Shown here: piece by piece, positions 8,373-17,759 of the stretch
How the letters are laid out: the number at the start of each line of letters is the position of its first letter
Position numbering within the stretch: position 1 is the stretch's first letter
DNA from: Gemmatimonadota bacterium
GTDB lineage: Bacteria > Gemmatimonadota > Gemmatimonadetes > Gemmatimonadales > GWC2-71-9
DNA length: 64,000 bases
Direction of reading: 5' to 3'
Assembly (NCBI GenBank): GCA_003251175.1
Contig: QKHC01000030.1
Coordinates: 5,228 to 69,227 of the forward strand
The notes under the pieces: model-generated
Database searches by the model: none
Seen by the model: only the letters and a program-made list of their open reading frames with translations
Told to the model about the DNA's origin: nothing
Translations under genes and position numbers: made by a program

Positions 8373-9326
8373 ATGGCGGACCTCTCGATCTCGCGCAGCC
8401 AGCTGTTGCTGCTGGCCGGCACGGCCAACCGACCGCTCGCCGAGGAAATGGCGCAGCAGTTGGGGCAGCCGTTGTGCGCGGTCACCATCCGCCGCTTCGT
8501 CGACGGGGAGATCTTCGTCAAGATCGACGAGAACGTGCGCGGTCGCGACGTGTTCATCATTCAGCCCACCAACCCGCCAGCGGAGAATTACCTCGAGCTG
8601 GTGCTGCTCATCGATGCGGCGCGCCGCGCCAGCGCGGCCCGGATCACCGCGGTGCTGCCGTACTTCGGCTATGCGCGCCAGGACCGCAAGGACCAGCCGC
8701 GGGTGGCGATCAGCGCGAAGCTGATGGCGAATCTGATCACCCACGCGGGCGCCGACCGCGTACTGGGTATGGACTTCCACTCGCACCAGCTACAGGGGTT
8801 CTTCGATATCCCGGTGGACCACCTGTACGCGGCGCCGGTGTTCGTGAGCCATTTCCGGCAGAAGGACCTGCACGACCCGGTGCTGGTGGCGCCTGACGTC
8901 GGGTCGGCGAAGATGGCCCGCGGCTTCGCCAAGCGGCTGGATGCGTCGCTGGCGATCATCGACAAGCGACGCCCGTCCGCCAATGTCGCGGAGGTGGTGA
9001 ACGTGGTGGGCGACGTGGCCGATCATGACTGCCTGATCCCCGATGACATGATCGACACCGCGGGGACGATCACCGAGGCCGCGCGCGCGCTGAAGAAGCT
9101 CGGCGCTCGGCGGATCTTCGCGTTTGCGACCCACGCGCTCCTGTCGGGACCGGCCGTGGAGCGGCTGCGCGAGGCGCCAATCGACGAAGTCACGGTGTCG
9201 AACACCATTCGGCTCCCCGAAGAGCGGAAGTTCGAGAAGTTGAAGATCCTGTCGATCGCCGGCCTGATGGCGAAGGCGATCGGCTACGAGCACAGCAACC
9301 AGTCGGTCAGCTCCCTGTTCGACTGA
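8373..9326 (+). CDS. prs: Ribose-phosphate pyrophosphokinase
   Basis: Full-length Prs pattern: 'VTIRRFVDGEIFVKI', 'VLPYFGYARQDRK', 'DDMIDTAGT'. Confidence 0.95.
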   Translation: MADLSISRSQLLLLAGTANRPLAEEMAQQLGQPLCAVTIRRFVDGEIFVKIDENVRGRDVFIIQPTNPPAENYLELVLLIDAARRASAARITAVLPYFGYARQDRKDQPRVAISAKLMANLITHAGADRVLGMDFHSHQLQGFFDIPVDHLYAAPVFVSHFRQKDLHDPVLVAPDVGSAKMARGFAKRLDASLAIIDKRRPSANVAEVVNVVGDVADHDCLIPDDMIDTAGTITEAARALKKLGARRIFAFATHALLSGPAVERLREAPIDEVTVSNTIRLPEERKFEKLKILSIAGLMAKAIGYEHSNQSVSSLFD

Positions 9327-9365
9327 ACCGGGACCACCGACGGCGCACGAACAGAGGACCACGAC

Positions 9366-10052
9366 ATGGCACAGATCATCTCGCTGACGGCGCACCCGCG
9401 AACCCGGACCGGTAAGGGAGCGGCACGGCAGGTTCGCTTCGGCCGGCAGGTCCCCGCGGTGATCTACGGTCACGGGCGCGCCACCGAGGCGCTGGCGGTT
9501 GATGCCAAGGCCCTCGAGCTGGCGCTGGGGGGCGTCGAATGGGCCTCCACCCTGGTCCAGCTCACGATCGGCGACCAGACGGTCCGCACCCTCATCCGGG
9601 AGGTGCAGCGGCACCCCGTGCGGCCCGACATCCTGCACCTCGACTTCTACGAGATTCGCGCCGACGAAAAGGTGCGACTCAGGCTCCCGATCCACCTCGT
9701 GGGCTCGCCCGAGGGCGTCCGCAATCAGGGGGGCGTGCTGGACCAGGTCGCGCGCGAGATCGAGATCGAGGTCCTCCCCGAGCACATCCCCGACCGCCTC
9801 GACATCGACGTCACGAATCTGACGATCGGTCATTCGCTCCATGTGCGGGACATCACGATCCCCAACGCCACGATTCTGACGGCGGGCGAGCTCACGATTG
9901 CCACCGTCGTCCCGCCACGCACCGAGGAAGTTGCGGCCGCGCCCGCCGAGGGCGCACCGGAGCTGGCCGAGCCCGAGCTGATTCGCAAGCCGCGTGAGGA
10001 GGCGGAGGGCGAGGGGGAGGCGGGCGAGGGCGAGACCGAGTCACAGGGCTGA
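9366..10052 (+). CDS. rplY: 50S ribosomal protein L25 / general stress protein Ctc
   Basis: 'GKGAARQVRFGRQVPAVIYGHG' N-terminus, a two-domain Ctc-type length, and an acidic C-terminal tail. Confidence 0.9.
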   Translation: MAQIISLTAHPRTRTGKGAARQVRFGRQVPAVIYGHGRATEALAVDAKALELALGGVEWASTLVQLTIGDQTVRTLIREVQRHPVRPDILHLDFYEIRADEKVRLRLPIHLVGSPEGVRNQGGVLDQVAREIEIEVLPEHIPDRLDIDVTNLTIGHSLHVRDITIPNATILTAGELTIATVVPPRTEEVAAAPAEGAPELAEPELIRKPREEAEGEGEAGEGETESQG

Positions 10053-10055
10053 GCG

Positions 10056-10598
10056 CTGCGCGCCGTCGTCGGACTCGGCAACCCCGGGCCGGAGTACGCG
10101 TCGACGCGGCACAATGCGGGCTTCTGGCTGGCCGACGCGCTCGCCGCGCACTGGGCACTCCCGGCGTTCCGCCGCGGCGAGCGCGCCCGGGTCACCGAGG
10201 GCGTGGTGGATGGCACGGCGGTTCGGGTGCTGAAGCCGACCACCTTCATGAACCGCAGTGGTGCGGCGCTGGCGAGCCTGCGGGCGGACCCGGCGTTCGA
10301 ACCCGCACGGGACCTGCTGGTGCTGGTTGACGATTTCGCCATCCCACTAGGGACGTTCCGACTGCGCCTCACGGGATCGAGCGGCGGGCACAACGGGCTG
10401 CGCAGCATCGAGGGCGCCCTGCAGTCGCGCGCCTTCGCCCGGCTGCGCATCGGCGTAGGTCCCCTGCCCCCGGGCAGCGGCGACTGGTCCGACTACGTCC
10501 TGGCGCTCTTCACCGGCGCGGAGATGGCGACACTTACCGACACCCTGCCAGCGCTGATCGAGACGGCAACCGGTTGGCTGAAGGAGACCGCACCATGA
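10056..10598 (+). CDS. pth: Peptidyl-tRNA hydrolase (start codon unresolved; CTG at 10056 is the only candidate)
   Basis: '[21 protein letters not shown]' and '[10 protein letters not shown]' are Pth signatures. The conserved N-terminus begins 2 codons after the rplY TGA, in the same frame. Confidence 0.85.
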   Translation: MRAVVGLGNPGPEYASTRHNAGFWLADALAAHWALPAFRRGERARVTEGVVDGTAVRVLKPTTFMNRSGAALASLRADPAFEPARDLLVLVDDFAIPLGTFRLRLTGSSGGHNGLRSIEGALQSRAFARLRIGVGPLPPGSGDWSDYVLALFTGAEMATLTDTLPALIETATGWLKETAP

Positions 10599-12646
10599 TC
10601 AACGCAGTCCGCTTTCCCCTGATTGCCGTGGTCGCCGGGCTGGTCGGCCTGTCAGTGGCCTGGGTGCTCGCCGCGCGCATCGGTCGTCGCGAGGCGGGCT
10701 CGGACGCGATGCGCGAGATCGCCGCCCTGATCCGTGAGGGCGCCATGGCGTTCCTGCGGCGCCAGTACATGGTGCTGCTGCCGTTCCTCGGCGTGGTGGC
10801 CGCGTTGCTGGCGTGGGCCATCGGCTGGCGCACCGCCGTCGCCTACGTGGCCGGTGGCTCGTGCTCGATCCTGGCGGGGCTCTTCGGCATGAACGCCGCG
10901 ACACGCGCCAACGTGCGCACCGCAGAGGCGGCGCGTCGCGACGGTCAAGCAGCCGCCCTCAACGTCGCCTTCTCCGGGGGCGCCGTCATGGGCCTCGCTG
11001 TCGCGAGCCTCGGCCTGTTGGGCATCGGGCTGATCGCCCGGACTTTTCTCACATTCAGCGTCGATGCAGGCGCGTGGCGGACGTTCAGCGAGATCATTGC
11101 GGGATTCGCCATGGGCGCCTCGACGATCGCGCTGTTCGCCCGCGTGGGCGGCGGCATCTACACCAAGGCGGCGGATGTCGGAGCCGACCTGGTGGGGAAA
11201 GTCGAGGCGGGGATCCCCGAAGACGACCCGCGCAACCCTGCCGTCATCGCAGACAACGTCGGCGACAACGTCGGCGACGTGGCCGGCATGGGGGCCGACA
11301 TCTTCGAGTCCTATGTCGGCGCCATGATCGCGACGATCGCGATCGGCGCCACCAGCACCACCGTGGCCAACCGGCTCGACGCCGTGGCGCTGCCGGTGCT
11401 GTTCACCGTGGTCGGCCTGGCCGCGAGCCTCGTGGCCCTGGGCGCGTTTCGCCTGCTGGAGCGAGGCGCGCCCGCGGCGGCACTGCGCGGCGCCACACTG
11501 ATCGCCGCCGCGCTGTTCCTGGCAGGCGCGTTCGCCGTGAGCCATTGGTTCGACCCGGTCCTGACCAGCGCGGAGGGTCGGCCCCTGCCCCAGCTGGGCC
11601 CGTTTTGGGCGGTGCTCTCGGGAACGATCGCCGGCATCGGCATCGGCCTGCTGACCGAGTACTACACCTCGGCCCGCCCGGTGCGGCGCATCGCGCAAGC
11701 CTCCACCACCGGGCCCGCCACCAACATCATCGCGGGACTCGCCGTCGGGATGGAGAGCACCATCCCTCCGCTGCTCGTGATCTGCGGCGCGATCTACGCC
11801 GCGTTCCAGACTGCCGGGCTGTACGGGATCGCCATCTCCGCCGTCGGCATGCTCGCAACCGTCGGCATCACGATGTCGGTGGACGCCTATGGCCCGATCG
11901 CCGACAACGCCGGTGGAATCAGCGAGATGTCGCGCCTTGGCCCTCAGGTGCGCGCCATCACCGACGGACTCGACGCGCTCGGCAACACCACCGCCGCGAT
12001 GGGCAAGGGCTTCGCCATCGGATCGGCCGCGCTCACCGCCCTGGCGCTGTTTACCGCCTACGCCATCGCCACCGGGATCCGCCCCGACGGCCTCAGCCTG
12101 CTCGATCCGCGCGTCGTGATCGGTCTGTTCATCGGCGCCTGCCTCCCCTTCTTCATCGCTGCCGACACCATGACGGCGGTCGGCCGGGCCGCGCAGGGCA
12201 TGGTGGAGGAGGTGCGCCGCCAGTTCCGGGAGATCCCGGGCCTGATGACCGGCGATGCCAAGCCGGATTCGGCCCGGTGCGTGGACATCTCCACGCGCGC
12301 GGCGCTCAAGGAGATGATCGCGCCGGGGGTGGTGGCCGTCCTCGCACCGGTCGCCGTGGGCAAACTCGCGGGCGTCGAAGCCCTCGGCGGGATGCTCGCG
12401 GGCGCCACGGCCGCGGGGGTGATGCTCGCGCTGTTCATGGCCAACGCGGGGGGCGCCTGGGACAACGCCAAGAAGCTCATCGAAGGTGGGGCGCACGGTG
12501 GCAAGGGATCCGACGCCCACAAGGCCGCCGTGGTCGGTGACACCGTCGGGGACCCGTTCAAGGACACCAGCGGGCCGTCGCTCAACATCCTGATCAAGCT
12601 GATGAGCGTCGTGTCCTTGGTACTGGCACCGTGGCTGGTCCGGTGA
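10595..12646 (+). CDS. hppA: Membrane-bound H+-translocating pyrophosphatase
   Basis: '[20 protein letters not shown]', 'DNVGDNVGD' and '[16 protein letters not shown]' motifs. ATGA overlap with the pth stop. Confidence 0.95.
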   Translation: MINAVRFPLIAVVAGLVGLSVAWVLAARIGRREAGSDAMREIAALIREGAMAFLRRQYMVLLPFLGVVAALLAWAIGWRTAVAYVAGGSCSILAGLFGMNAATRANVRTAEAARRDGQAAALNVAFSGGAVMGLAVASLGLLGIGLIARTFLTFSVDAGAWRTFSEIIAGFAMGASTIALFARVGGGIYTKAADVGADLVGKVEAGIPEDDPRNPAVIADNVGDNVGDVAGMGADIFESYVGAMIATIAIGATSTTVANRLDAVALPVLFTVVGLAASLVALGAFRLLERGAPAAALRGATLIAAALFLAGAFAVSHWFDPVLTSAEGRPLPQLGPFWAVLSGTIAGIGIGLLTEYYTSARPVRRIAQASTTGPATNIIAGLAVGMESTIPPLLVICGAIYAAFQTAGLYGIAISAVGMLATVGITMSVDAYGPIADNAGGISEMSRLGPQVRAITDGLDALGNTTAAMGKGFAIGSAALTALALFTAYAIATGIRPDGLSLLDPRVVIGLFIGACLPFFIAADTMTAVGRAAQGMVEEVRRQFREIPGLMTGDAKPDSARCVDISTRAALKEMIAPGVVAVLAPVAVGKLAGVEALGGMLAGATAAGVMLALFMANAGGAWDNAKKLIEGGAHGGKGSDAHKAAVVGDTVGDPFKDTSGPSLNILIKLMSVVSLVLAPWLVR

Positions 12647-12670
12647 CCACAGGGAAGGTCGCATTGTAGC

Positions 12671-13775
12671 ATGCTCCGGCTCGGCATCGTCGGTTTGCCC
12701 AACGTCGGCAAATCGACACTGTTCAACGCGCTCACGTCGTCGCAGGTCGCCGCGGCCGAGAACTACCCGTTCTGCACCGTCGAGCCCAACGTCGGAGTAG
12801 TAGAGGTACCCGACCCGCGACTCGACCGCCTCGTTGAGCTCATCGAGCCGAAACGCCGGGTTCCGGCCGTGGTCGAGTTCGTCGACATCGCCGGCCTGGT
12901 CAAGGGTGCCTCGCGGGGCGAGGGCCTGGGCAACCAGTTCCTGTCTCACATTCGGGAAGTCGATGCCATCGTGCACGTCATCCGCTGCTTCGAGCATCCG
13001 GACGTGGTGCACGTGATGGGCCCGGTCGATCCAGTTCGCGATCACGACATCGTGACGGCCGAGCTCGCCCTGGCCGACCTCGCGATCGTGGAGCGGCGAC
13101 TCGAGAAGAGCCGCAAGACCGCCCGGGCCGGCGACAAGGAGGCGCAGGCGGAGGTCGCGCTGCTCGAGCGGGTGATGGACGGAGCTCAACGCGGGCCGCG
13201 GAGCGCGAGAGGCCGGGGAGACCGACGAGGTGATCCGCGCGCTGCGGCAGCTGGGCCTGCTGACCGCGCGCCCCATTCTCTACGCGGCCAACGTCGGCGA
13301 AGAGGACCTCGCGGCCGGTGGCGGTCCCCTGGTCGAGGCGCTGCGCGCCGCCGTCGTCGCCCACCACGAGGAGGCCGAGATCGTCCCGTTCTCGGCGCGG
13401 TTCGAAGCCGAGCTGGCGGAGCTGGGCGGCGCCGAGCGGGCGGAGTACCTCGCGGGCGCCGGCATCGCCGAACCGGGACTCGAGCGACTGATCCACGCGG
13501 GGTACCGGCTGCTCGGCCTCGAAACGTTCTTCACCGTGGGCGAGAACGAGGTGCGCGCCTGGACGCTGCACCACGGTGACACCGCGTTCATCGCGGCCGG
13601 CGAGATTCACTCCGACTTCCAGCGCGGGTTCATCCGCGCCGAAACGGTCACCTTCGACGATTTCGTGCGGGCGGGTGGCTACAAGCCCGCGCGCGAACAG
13701 GGCCTGGTCCGCAGCGAGGGACGCGATTACGTCGTCGCTGACGGCGACGTCCTGCTGTTTCGCTTCAACGTCTGA
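12671..13775 (+). pseudogene. ychF: Redox-regulated ATPase YchF interrupted by a +1 frameshift (or a sequencing error)
   Basis: The N-terminus '[18 protein letters not shown]' is in frame 2 up to ~13180. The C-terminus '...[13 protein letters not shown]...FIRAETV...GDVLLFRFNV' is in frame 0, open from 13176. The junction ATG GAC [G] GAG CTC AAC restores 'VMDELNAG'. Confidence 0.85.
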
Positions 13776-13805
13776 GCGCGGGCGCCGGCGCGACCGGCGA
13801 CACCG

Positions 13806-15629
13806 TCACCACCCCACCGGCACACCTCGATTCTGCCGCTCCAGCCACACCAGCAGCGGCTGGAAGTACTCGACCAGCGCCGTGGCGTCCATCTGCCGGT
13901 CGCCGGTCGCCGCGAAGAGAATCTCCTGCCAGGGGCGGCTCTGCCCCGCCTGGAGCATGCGCGCCAGTCCGGCGCCCGCCGCGGCGCTGCCGAACACCGA
14001 GCATTGATACAGCGGGCCGGTCCACCCGGCCGCCCGACACCACGCGCGGTGGAACTGGAACTGCAGCACGTGCGCGATGAAATAGCGCAGGTACGGGACG
14101 TTCGCCGCCACGTGGTACTTGGCGCCGGGATCGAAGTCCTGCTCGCTGCGCGCCACCGGCTCGGCCACGCCCTGGTACCGGTGCTTGAGATCCCACCAGG
14201 CCGCGTTGTAGCGGTCGGGCGTGATCGTGCCGGCGAACACGCCCCAGCGCCAGCCGTCCAACGCCAGCCCGAAGGGGAGAAACGCGATCTTGTCGAGCGC
14301 GATGCGCAGCAGCGCCGCTGTATCGCTGGCCGCGCTGGGGAGCGTGTCCAGCAGCCCGATGCGCTGCAGATAGCGAGGCGTGACCGAGAGCGCCACCGCG
14401 TCACCGATCGCCTCGTGGAAGCCGTCATTGGCTCCGCCCTGGAACAGGAACGGCTGGCCCGCATAGGCCCGCTGGTAGAAATTGTGGCCCAACTCGTGAT
14501 GGATCGTGACGAAGTCCGACGCCGTCACCTGAATGCACATCTTGATACGAAGGTCGTCCGCGCCGTCGAGGTCCCAGGCGCTCGCGTGGCAGACGACATC
14601 CCGATCCCGGGGCTTGGTGAACTGCGACCGCTCCCAGAAGGTGACCGGCAGGGAGTCGAACCCCAGCGAAACGTAGAATCGCTCACCGGCCCGCACCATG
14701 CCGCGCTCGTCGAGCCCGCGCGCGCGCAGCAGCGCCGTGAGATCCACACCGGCCGGCACTCCGCTCGGCGCCACCAGATCGTAGATGTTGCTCCATTCCT
14801 GAGCCCACAAGTTGCCCAACAGGTGCCCGGGGATGAGGCCGTCCGGCGGAACGACCGCGGCGCCGTATCGCGCCACCAGCCGCGCGCGAACATAGGCGTG
14901 CAGCTGCTCGTACAGCGGCCGCAGCTGTTCCCACAGCCGGTTCACTTCGGCGGTGAGCGAATCGGCGGGCATGTCGTAGCCCGCCCGCCACATCGCACCA
15001 GCGTCGGCGAACCCGAGCGCTCGCGCCCCGGCGTTGCTCAGCGCTACGAACCGCGTGTAGCGGTCGCGCATCGGCACTGCGATACGGTGCCAACCCTGCC
15101 ACGCCGCCGCCAGCTCCGCCGGGTCGTGACTGCTCGCCAGAATCCTTTCGATGTCCGTGATCTGCAGACAGGCGTCGGGGGCGCGGCACCACGTCCCGCG
15201 GCCGTATTCGGCCTTCATGCCGCTCTTGAGACGCGTCAGCTCGACGGCCTCGAGCGGGTCCGACGGCGGCGGCGCAGCCAGCGCCAGCCTCAACAGCGCG
15301 AACTTGCGCCGCGTGACCGCCGACATCGGCGTGGCGGCAAAGCGCCGGGCCTCCAGCGCCAGGTCGCGCACCGCGCCGCTGTAGGCCGCCTGGGCCTCGG
15401 CGGTGAGCACTTCCGTGTCGTACGTGATGTAGGTGCTGGCCACCCAGTCGGTGCGCTCCTGCTTCACCGCGAGCACGGCCAGCACCGATTCAGCACGGGC
15501 AATGAACGCCTCGGCGTCGGCGGCGGTGGCCGGGTGGGTCGCCGCCGCCCCCGGGGTCTGGGCCGCGGCTGACACGGACGTAACCAGCACGGCGAGGCAA
15601 CCGGACAGTCGCAGGACAGCAGGGGACAT
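13806..15629 (-). CDS. Secreted M2-family (angiotensin-converting-enzyme-like) peptidyl-dipeptidase
   Basis: Signal peptide. 'HHELGHNFY' (HExxH) plus a downstream 'HEAIGD', characteristic of peptidase family M2. Confidence 0.85.
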   Translation of the reverse strand: MSPAVLRLSGCLAVLVTSVSAAAQTPGAAATHPATAADAEAFIARAESVLAVLAVKQERTDWVASTYITYDTEVLTAEAQAAYSGAVRDLALEARRFAATPMSAVTRRKFALLRLALAAPPPSDPLEAVELTRLKSGMKAEYGRGTWCRAPDACLQITDIERILASSHDPAELAAAWQGWHRIAVPMRDRYTRFVALSNAGARALGFADAGAMWRAGYDMPADSLTAEVNRLWEQLRPLYEQLHAYVRARLVARYGAAVVPPDGLIPGHLLGNLWAQEWSNIYDLVAPSGVPAGVDLTALLRARGLDERGMVRAGERFYVSLGFDSLPVTFWERSQFTKPRDRDVVCHASAWDLDGADDLRIKMCIQVTASDFVTIHHELGHNFYQRAYAGQPFLFQGGANDGFHEAIGDAVALSVTPRYLQRIGLLDTLPSAASDTAALLRIALDKIAFLPFGLALDGWRWGVFAGTITPDRYNAAWWDLKHRYQGVAEPVARSEQDFDPGAKYHVAANVPYLRYFIAHVLQFQFHRAWCRAAGWTGPLYQCSVFGSAAAGAGLARMLQAGQSRPWQEILFAATGDRQMDATALVEYFQPLLVWLERQNRGVPVGW

Positions 15630-15741
15630 CGCGTCCTCCGAAGAAGGTGAATGACCGCGCCAAACGCTACCGCCGACGCCACCGCGCGGCCAAGACCCAC
15701 GGCGCCCGCTCGCAGGGATGGTGCGCCCGCGGCCGCCCGGT

Positions 15742-15749
15742 TAGCTTTG
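15742..15749 (+). promoter_or_regulatory. Candidate -7 promoter box TAGCTTTG upstream of rpsF
   Basis: Exact match to the Bacteroidetes-type TAnnTTTG element, 69 nt upstream of the rpsF ATG. A related TAGCGTTTG lies on the opposite strand at 15661-15669, upstream of the M2 peptidase gene. Confidence 0.3.
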
Positions 15750-15817
15750 GTGGTTCACATATCCCCTACTCGGCCCCCCACCTGGGCCGGGTCGTCCACG
15801 TCCAAAGGGAGGTGCGC

Positions 15818-16171
15818 ATGACGCGTCTGTACGAGACCGTCTACATCTTCGATTCCGCCCTGGAAGAGCCAGCCGTCTCCGAGAAGCTCGAGAAGTTCCA
15901 CGCCCAGCTCACCCACGACGGCAAGGGCAGCGTGACCAGCGTCAGCCACTGGGGGAAGCGCACTCTGGCGTATCCCATCAAGCGGCGGGACACGGGCTAC
16001 TATGTCGTGGCCCGGCTCGAGACTGAGCGCGACGCCCTCCCCGAGTACGAACGCCTCGTCAAGCTCGACGAGGGCGTGCTGCGCTACCTCGTTGTGCAGG
16101 CGGGCGACGATCCGGTGGTTCGGGCGGCACCCGAGTCCCGAGAAGACGAAGAGACGGAGGAGGAAGAGTGA
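15818..16171 (+). CDS. rpsF: 30S ribosomal protein S6
   Basis: '[13 protein letters not shown]...[11 protein letters not shown]' with an acidic tail. GGGAGG SD upstream. Confidence 0.9.
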   Translation: MTRLYETVYIFDSALEEPAVSEKLEKFHAQLTHDGKGSVTSVSHWGKRTLAYPIKRRDTGYYVVARLETERDALPEYERLVKLDEGVLRYLVVQAGDDPVVRAAPESREDEETEEEE

Positions 16172-16389
16172 GACGCCCCGCGAAGACCTGCCCCGTGTGC
16201 GAGTCCGGAGCCCGGGTGCTGGACTACAAGGACGAGCGCACGCTCAGTCGCTTCCTGACGGACCGCGGCAAGATCCTGCCGAGTCGGTTGTCGGGGATGT
16301 GCGCCCGACACCAGCGCCAGCTTGCGACGGCCGTGAAGCGCGCGCGCCAGCTCGCGCTGCTGCCCTACATCCGGGGATACGCGGGCTGA
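16168..16389 (+). CDS. rpsR: 30S ribosomal protein S18
   Basis: '[60 protein letters not shown]'. The GTG start overlaps the rpsF stop (GTGA). Confidence 0.9.
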   Translation: MRRPAKTCPVCESGARVLDYKDERTLSRFLTDRGKILPSRLSGMCARHQRQLATAVKRARQLALLPYIRGYAG

Positions 16390-16391
16390 GC

Positions 16392-17297
16392 ATGACAGCC
16401 CGGCGCGGCCGTTGGCGCCTCGCCGTGGGGGCGGTCGTGTTCGTGCTGTGGGCACCCGCCAGTCTCGTGGGCGTGCCCCTCGCCGCACTGCTCGCCGCGA
16501 CGCGGCCCGAGGGGCGGACCCGCACCATCACCCTCGCGGTGACGGCGCTGGCAGCGGCGTTCCTCGCCGGCACGTCCGGCACGGCGCTCGGCGCCGTCTA
16601 CGGCGCGTGGGCCGTGCTCGTCACCGCGGCGTTCCTCGGCGGCGTGCTGGTGAGTCCGTCGGCGTTCTGGCGCCAGGCGACGCGCGCCACCGTGCTCGCG
16701 GCCGTCGCGCTGGCGGCGCTGGCGACGGTGCTGTGGGGCTCGGACTGGCTGGCGTTTCTGCGCTGGGAGGCCACGCACCAAGCGGAGGCAGCAACCCGAC
16801 TGGTGCGGTGGGCGCGCCCCGACGCGTTCGCCGTGCTCGACCGCGTCGCTCAGTTCGCCGGAGCCACCTTCCCCGCCACCCTCATGCTGCAGGCCGTGGC
16901 GGGCCTGGCACTGGCGTGGCAGCTCCATGTGCGCGTCGCGACGCACCCGCTCGGGAGTGGCCTGCGACCGTTTCGTGAGTTTCGCATGGGCGACGTCTGG
17001 ATCTGGGGCCTCATCCTGGCCGCGGCGGGCTGGTTGCGCGGGTACGACGTGCTGGCTCAGAATCTCGGGGTCGTCCTGGGCACGTTCTACGCGCTGCAAG
17101 GGGCTGCCATCGTCGTGGCGTTCGCCGCGGCGGTGGGAATCTCCACGATGGCGCTGCTGGTGACAGCCGCCGTGGCCACAGCGCTCGCGATACCGCTGGT
17201 GTTCATCGTCCCGGGGCTGTGGACGCTCGGGATCACCGATACCTGGCTCGAGTACCGGCGTCGCATCGCGGCGCGGGTCGCATCATCCGGGAAATGA
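16392..17297 (+). CDS. Polytopic membrane protein (DUF2232/YybS-like, judged by position and topology)
   Basis: ATG 2 nt after the rpsR stop. Multiple TM helices. It occupies the rpsR-rplI position where DUF2232 proteins occur in other phyla. Confidence 0.55.
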   Translation: MTARRGRWRLAVGAVVFVLWAPASLVGVPLAALLAATRPEGRTRTITLAVTALAAAFLAGTSGTALGAVYGAWAVLVTAAFLGGVLVSPSAFWRQATRATVLAAVALAALATVLWGSDWLAFLRWEATHQAEAATRLVRWARPDAFAVLDRVAQFAGATFPATLMLQAVAGLALAWQLHVRVATHPLGSGLRPFREFRMGDVWIWGLILAAAGWLRGYDVLAQNLGVVLGTFYALQGAAIVVAFAAAVGISTMALLVTAAVATALAIPLVFIVPGLWTLGITDTWLEYRRRIAARVASSGK

Positions 17298-17305
17298 GGA
17301 CGCTC

Positions 17306-17749
17306 ATGGAGATCATTCTGCGGGAAGACGTTCAGCATCTCGGCAAGACGGGTGAGGTCGTCAAGGTCAAGGACGGCTACGCCCGCAATTACCTGTTGCC
17401 CAAGGGACTGGCGTACCCGGCGACCGACGCGAACAAGCGTCGCATCGTCTTCGAGGCGGAGCGGCTCGCCAAGCAGCGTGCCGCCGAGCGCACCGCAGCC
17501 GAGACGGAGGCGGGGCGACTCGCGGGGATCGAGCTGACCTTCGCCGTGAAGGTCGGTGAGGAGGATCGCCTGTACGGATCGGTGACGGCCAGCGACATCC
17601 AGCGGCGTCTCGAGGAACAGGGTGTCCACGTGGACAAGCGCAAGATCGATCTTCCCGAGCCGCTGCGCTCGCTGGGGGACTTCCCGGTCGGGATCCGCTT
17701 CCACGCCGACGTGCGGCCGGAGATCGTGGTGCACGTGGTGAAAGAGTGA
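17306..17749 (+). CDS. rplI: 50S ribosomal protein L9
   Basis: 'MEIILREDVQHLGKTGEVVKVKDGYARNYLLPKGLA'. GAGGA SD upstream. An alternative ATG lies at 17294. Confidence 0.9.
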   Translation: MEIILREDVQHLGKTGEVVKVKDGYARNYLLPKGLAYPATDANKRRIVFEAERLAKQRAAERTAAETEAGRLAGIELTFAVKVGEEDRLYGSVTASDIQRRLEEQGVHVDKRKIDLPEPLRSLGDFPVGIRFHADVRPEIVVHVVKE

Positions 17750-17759
17750 CGCTCCGGCC

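Noticed and set aside
10050-10052. The rplY TGA as a selenocysteine codon.
   Set aside because: I could fold no SECIS-like stem-loop in the 40 nt downstream. The L25 acidic tail ends naturally, and Pth homology starts immediately after. A rare start or reinitiation is the simpler explanation.
10652-13276. 874-aa ORF on the minus strand spanning hppA and ychF.
   Set aside because: It is antisense to two genes with unmistakable homology. Its translation is Arg/Gly/Ala/Pro-rich low-complexity sequence, typical of spurious antisense ORFs in high-GC DNA.
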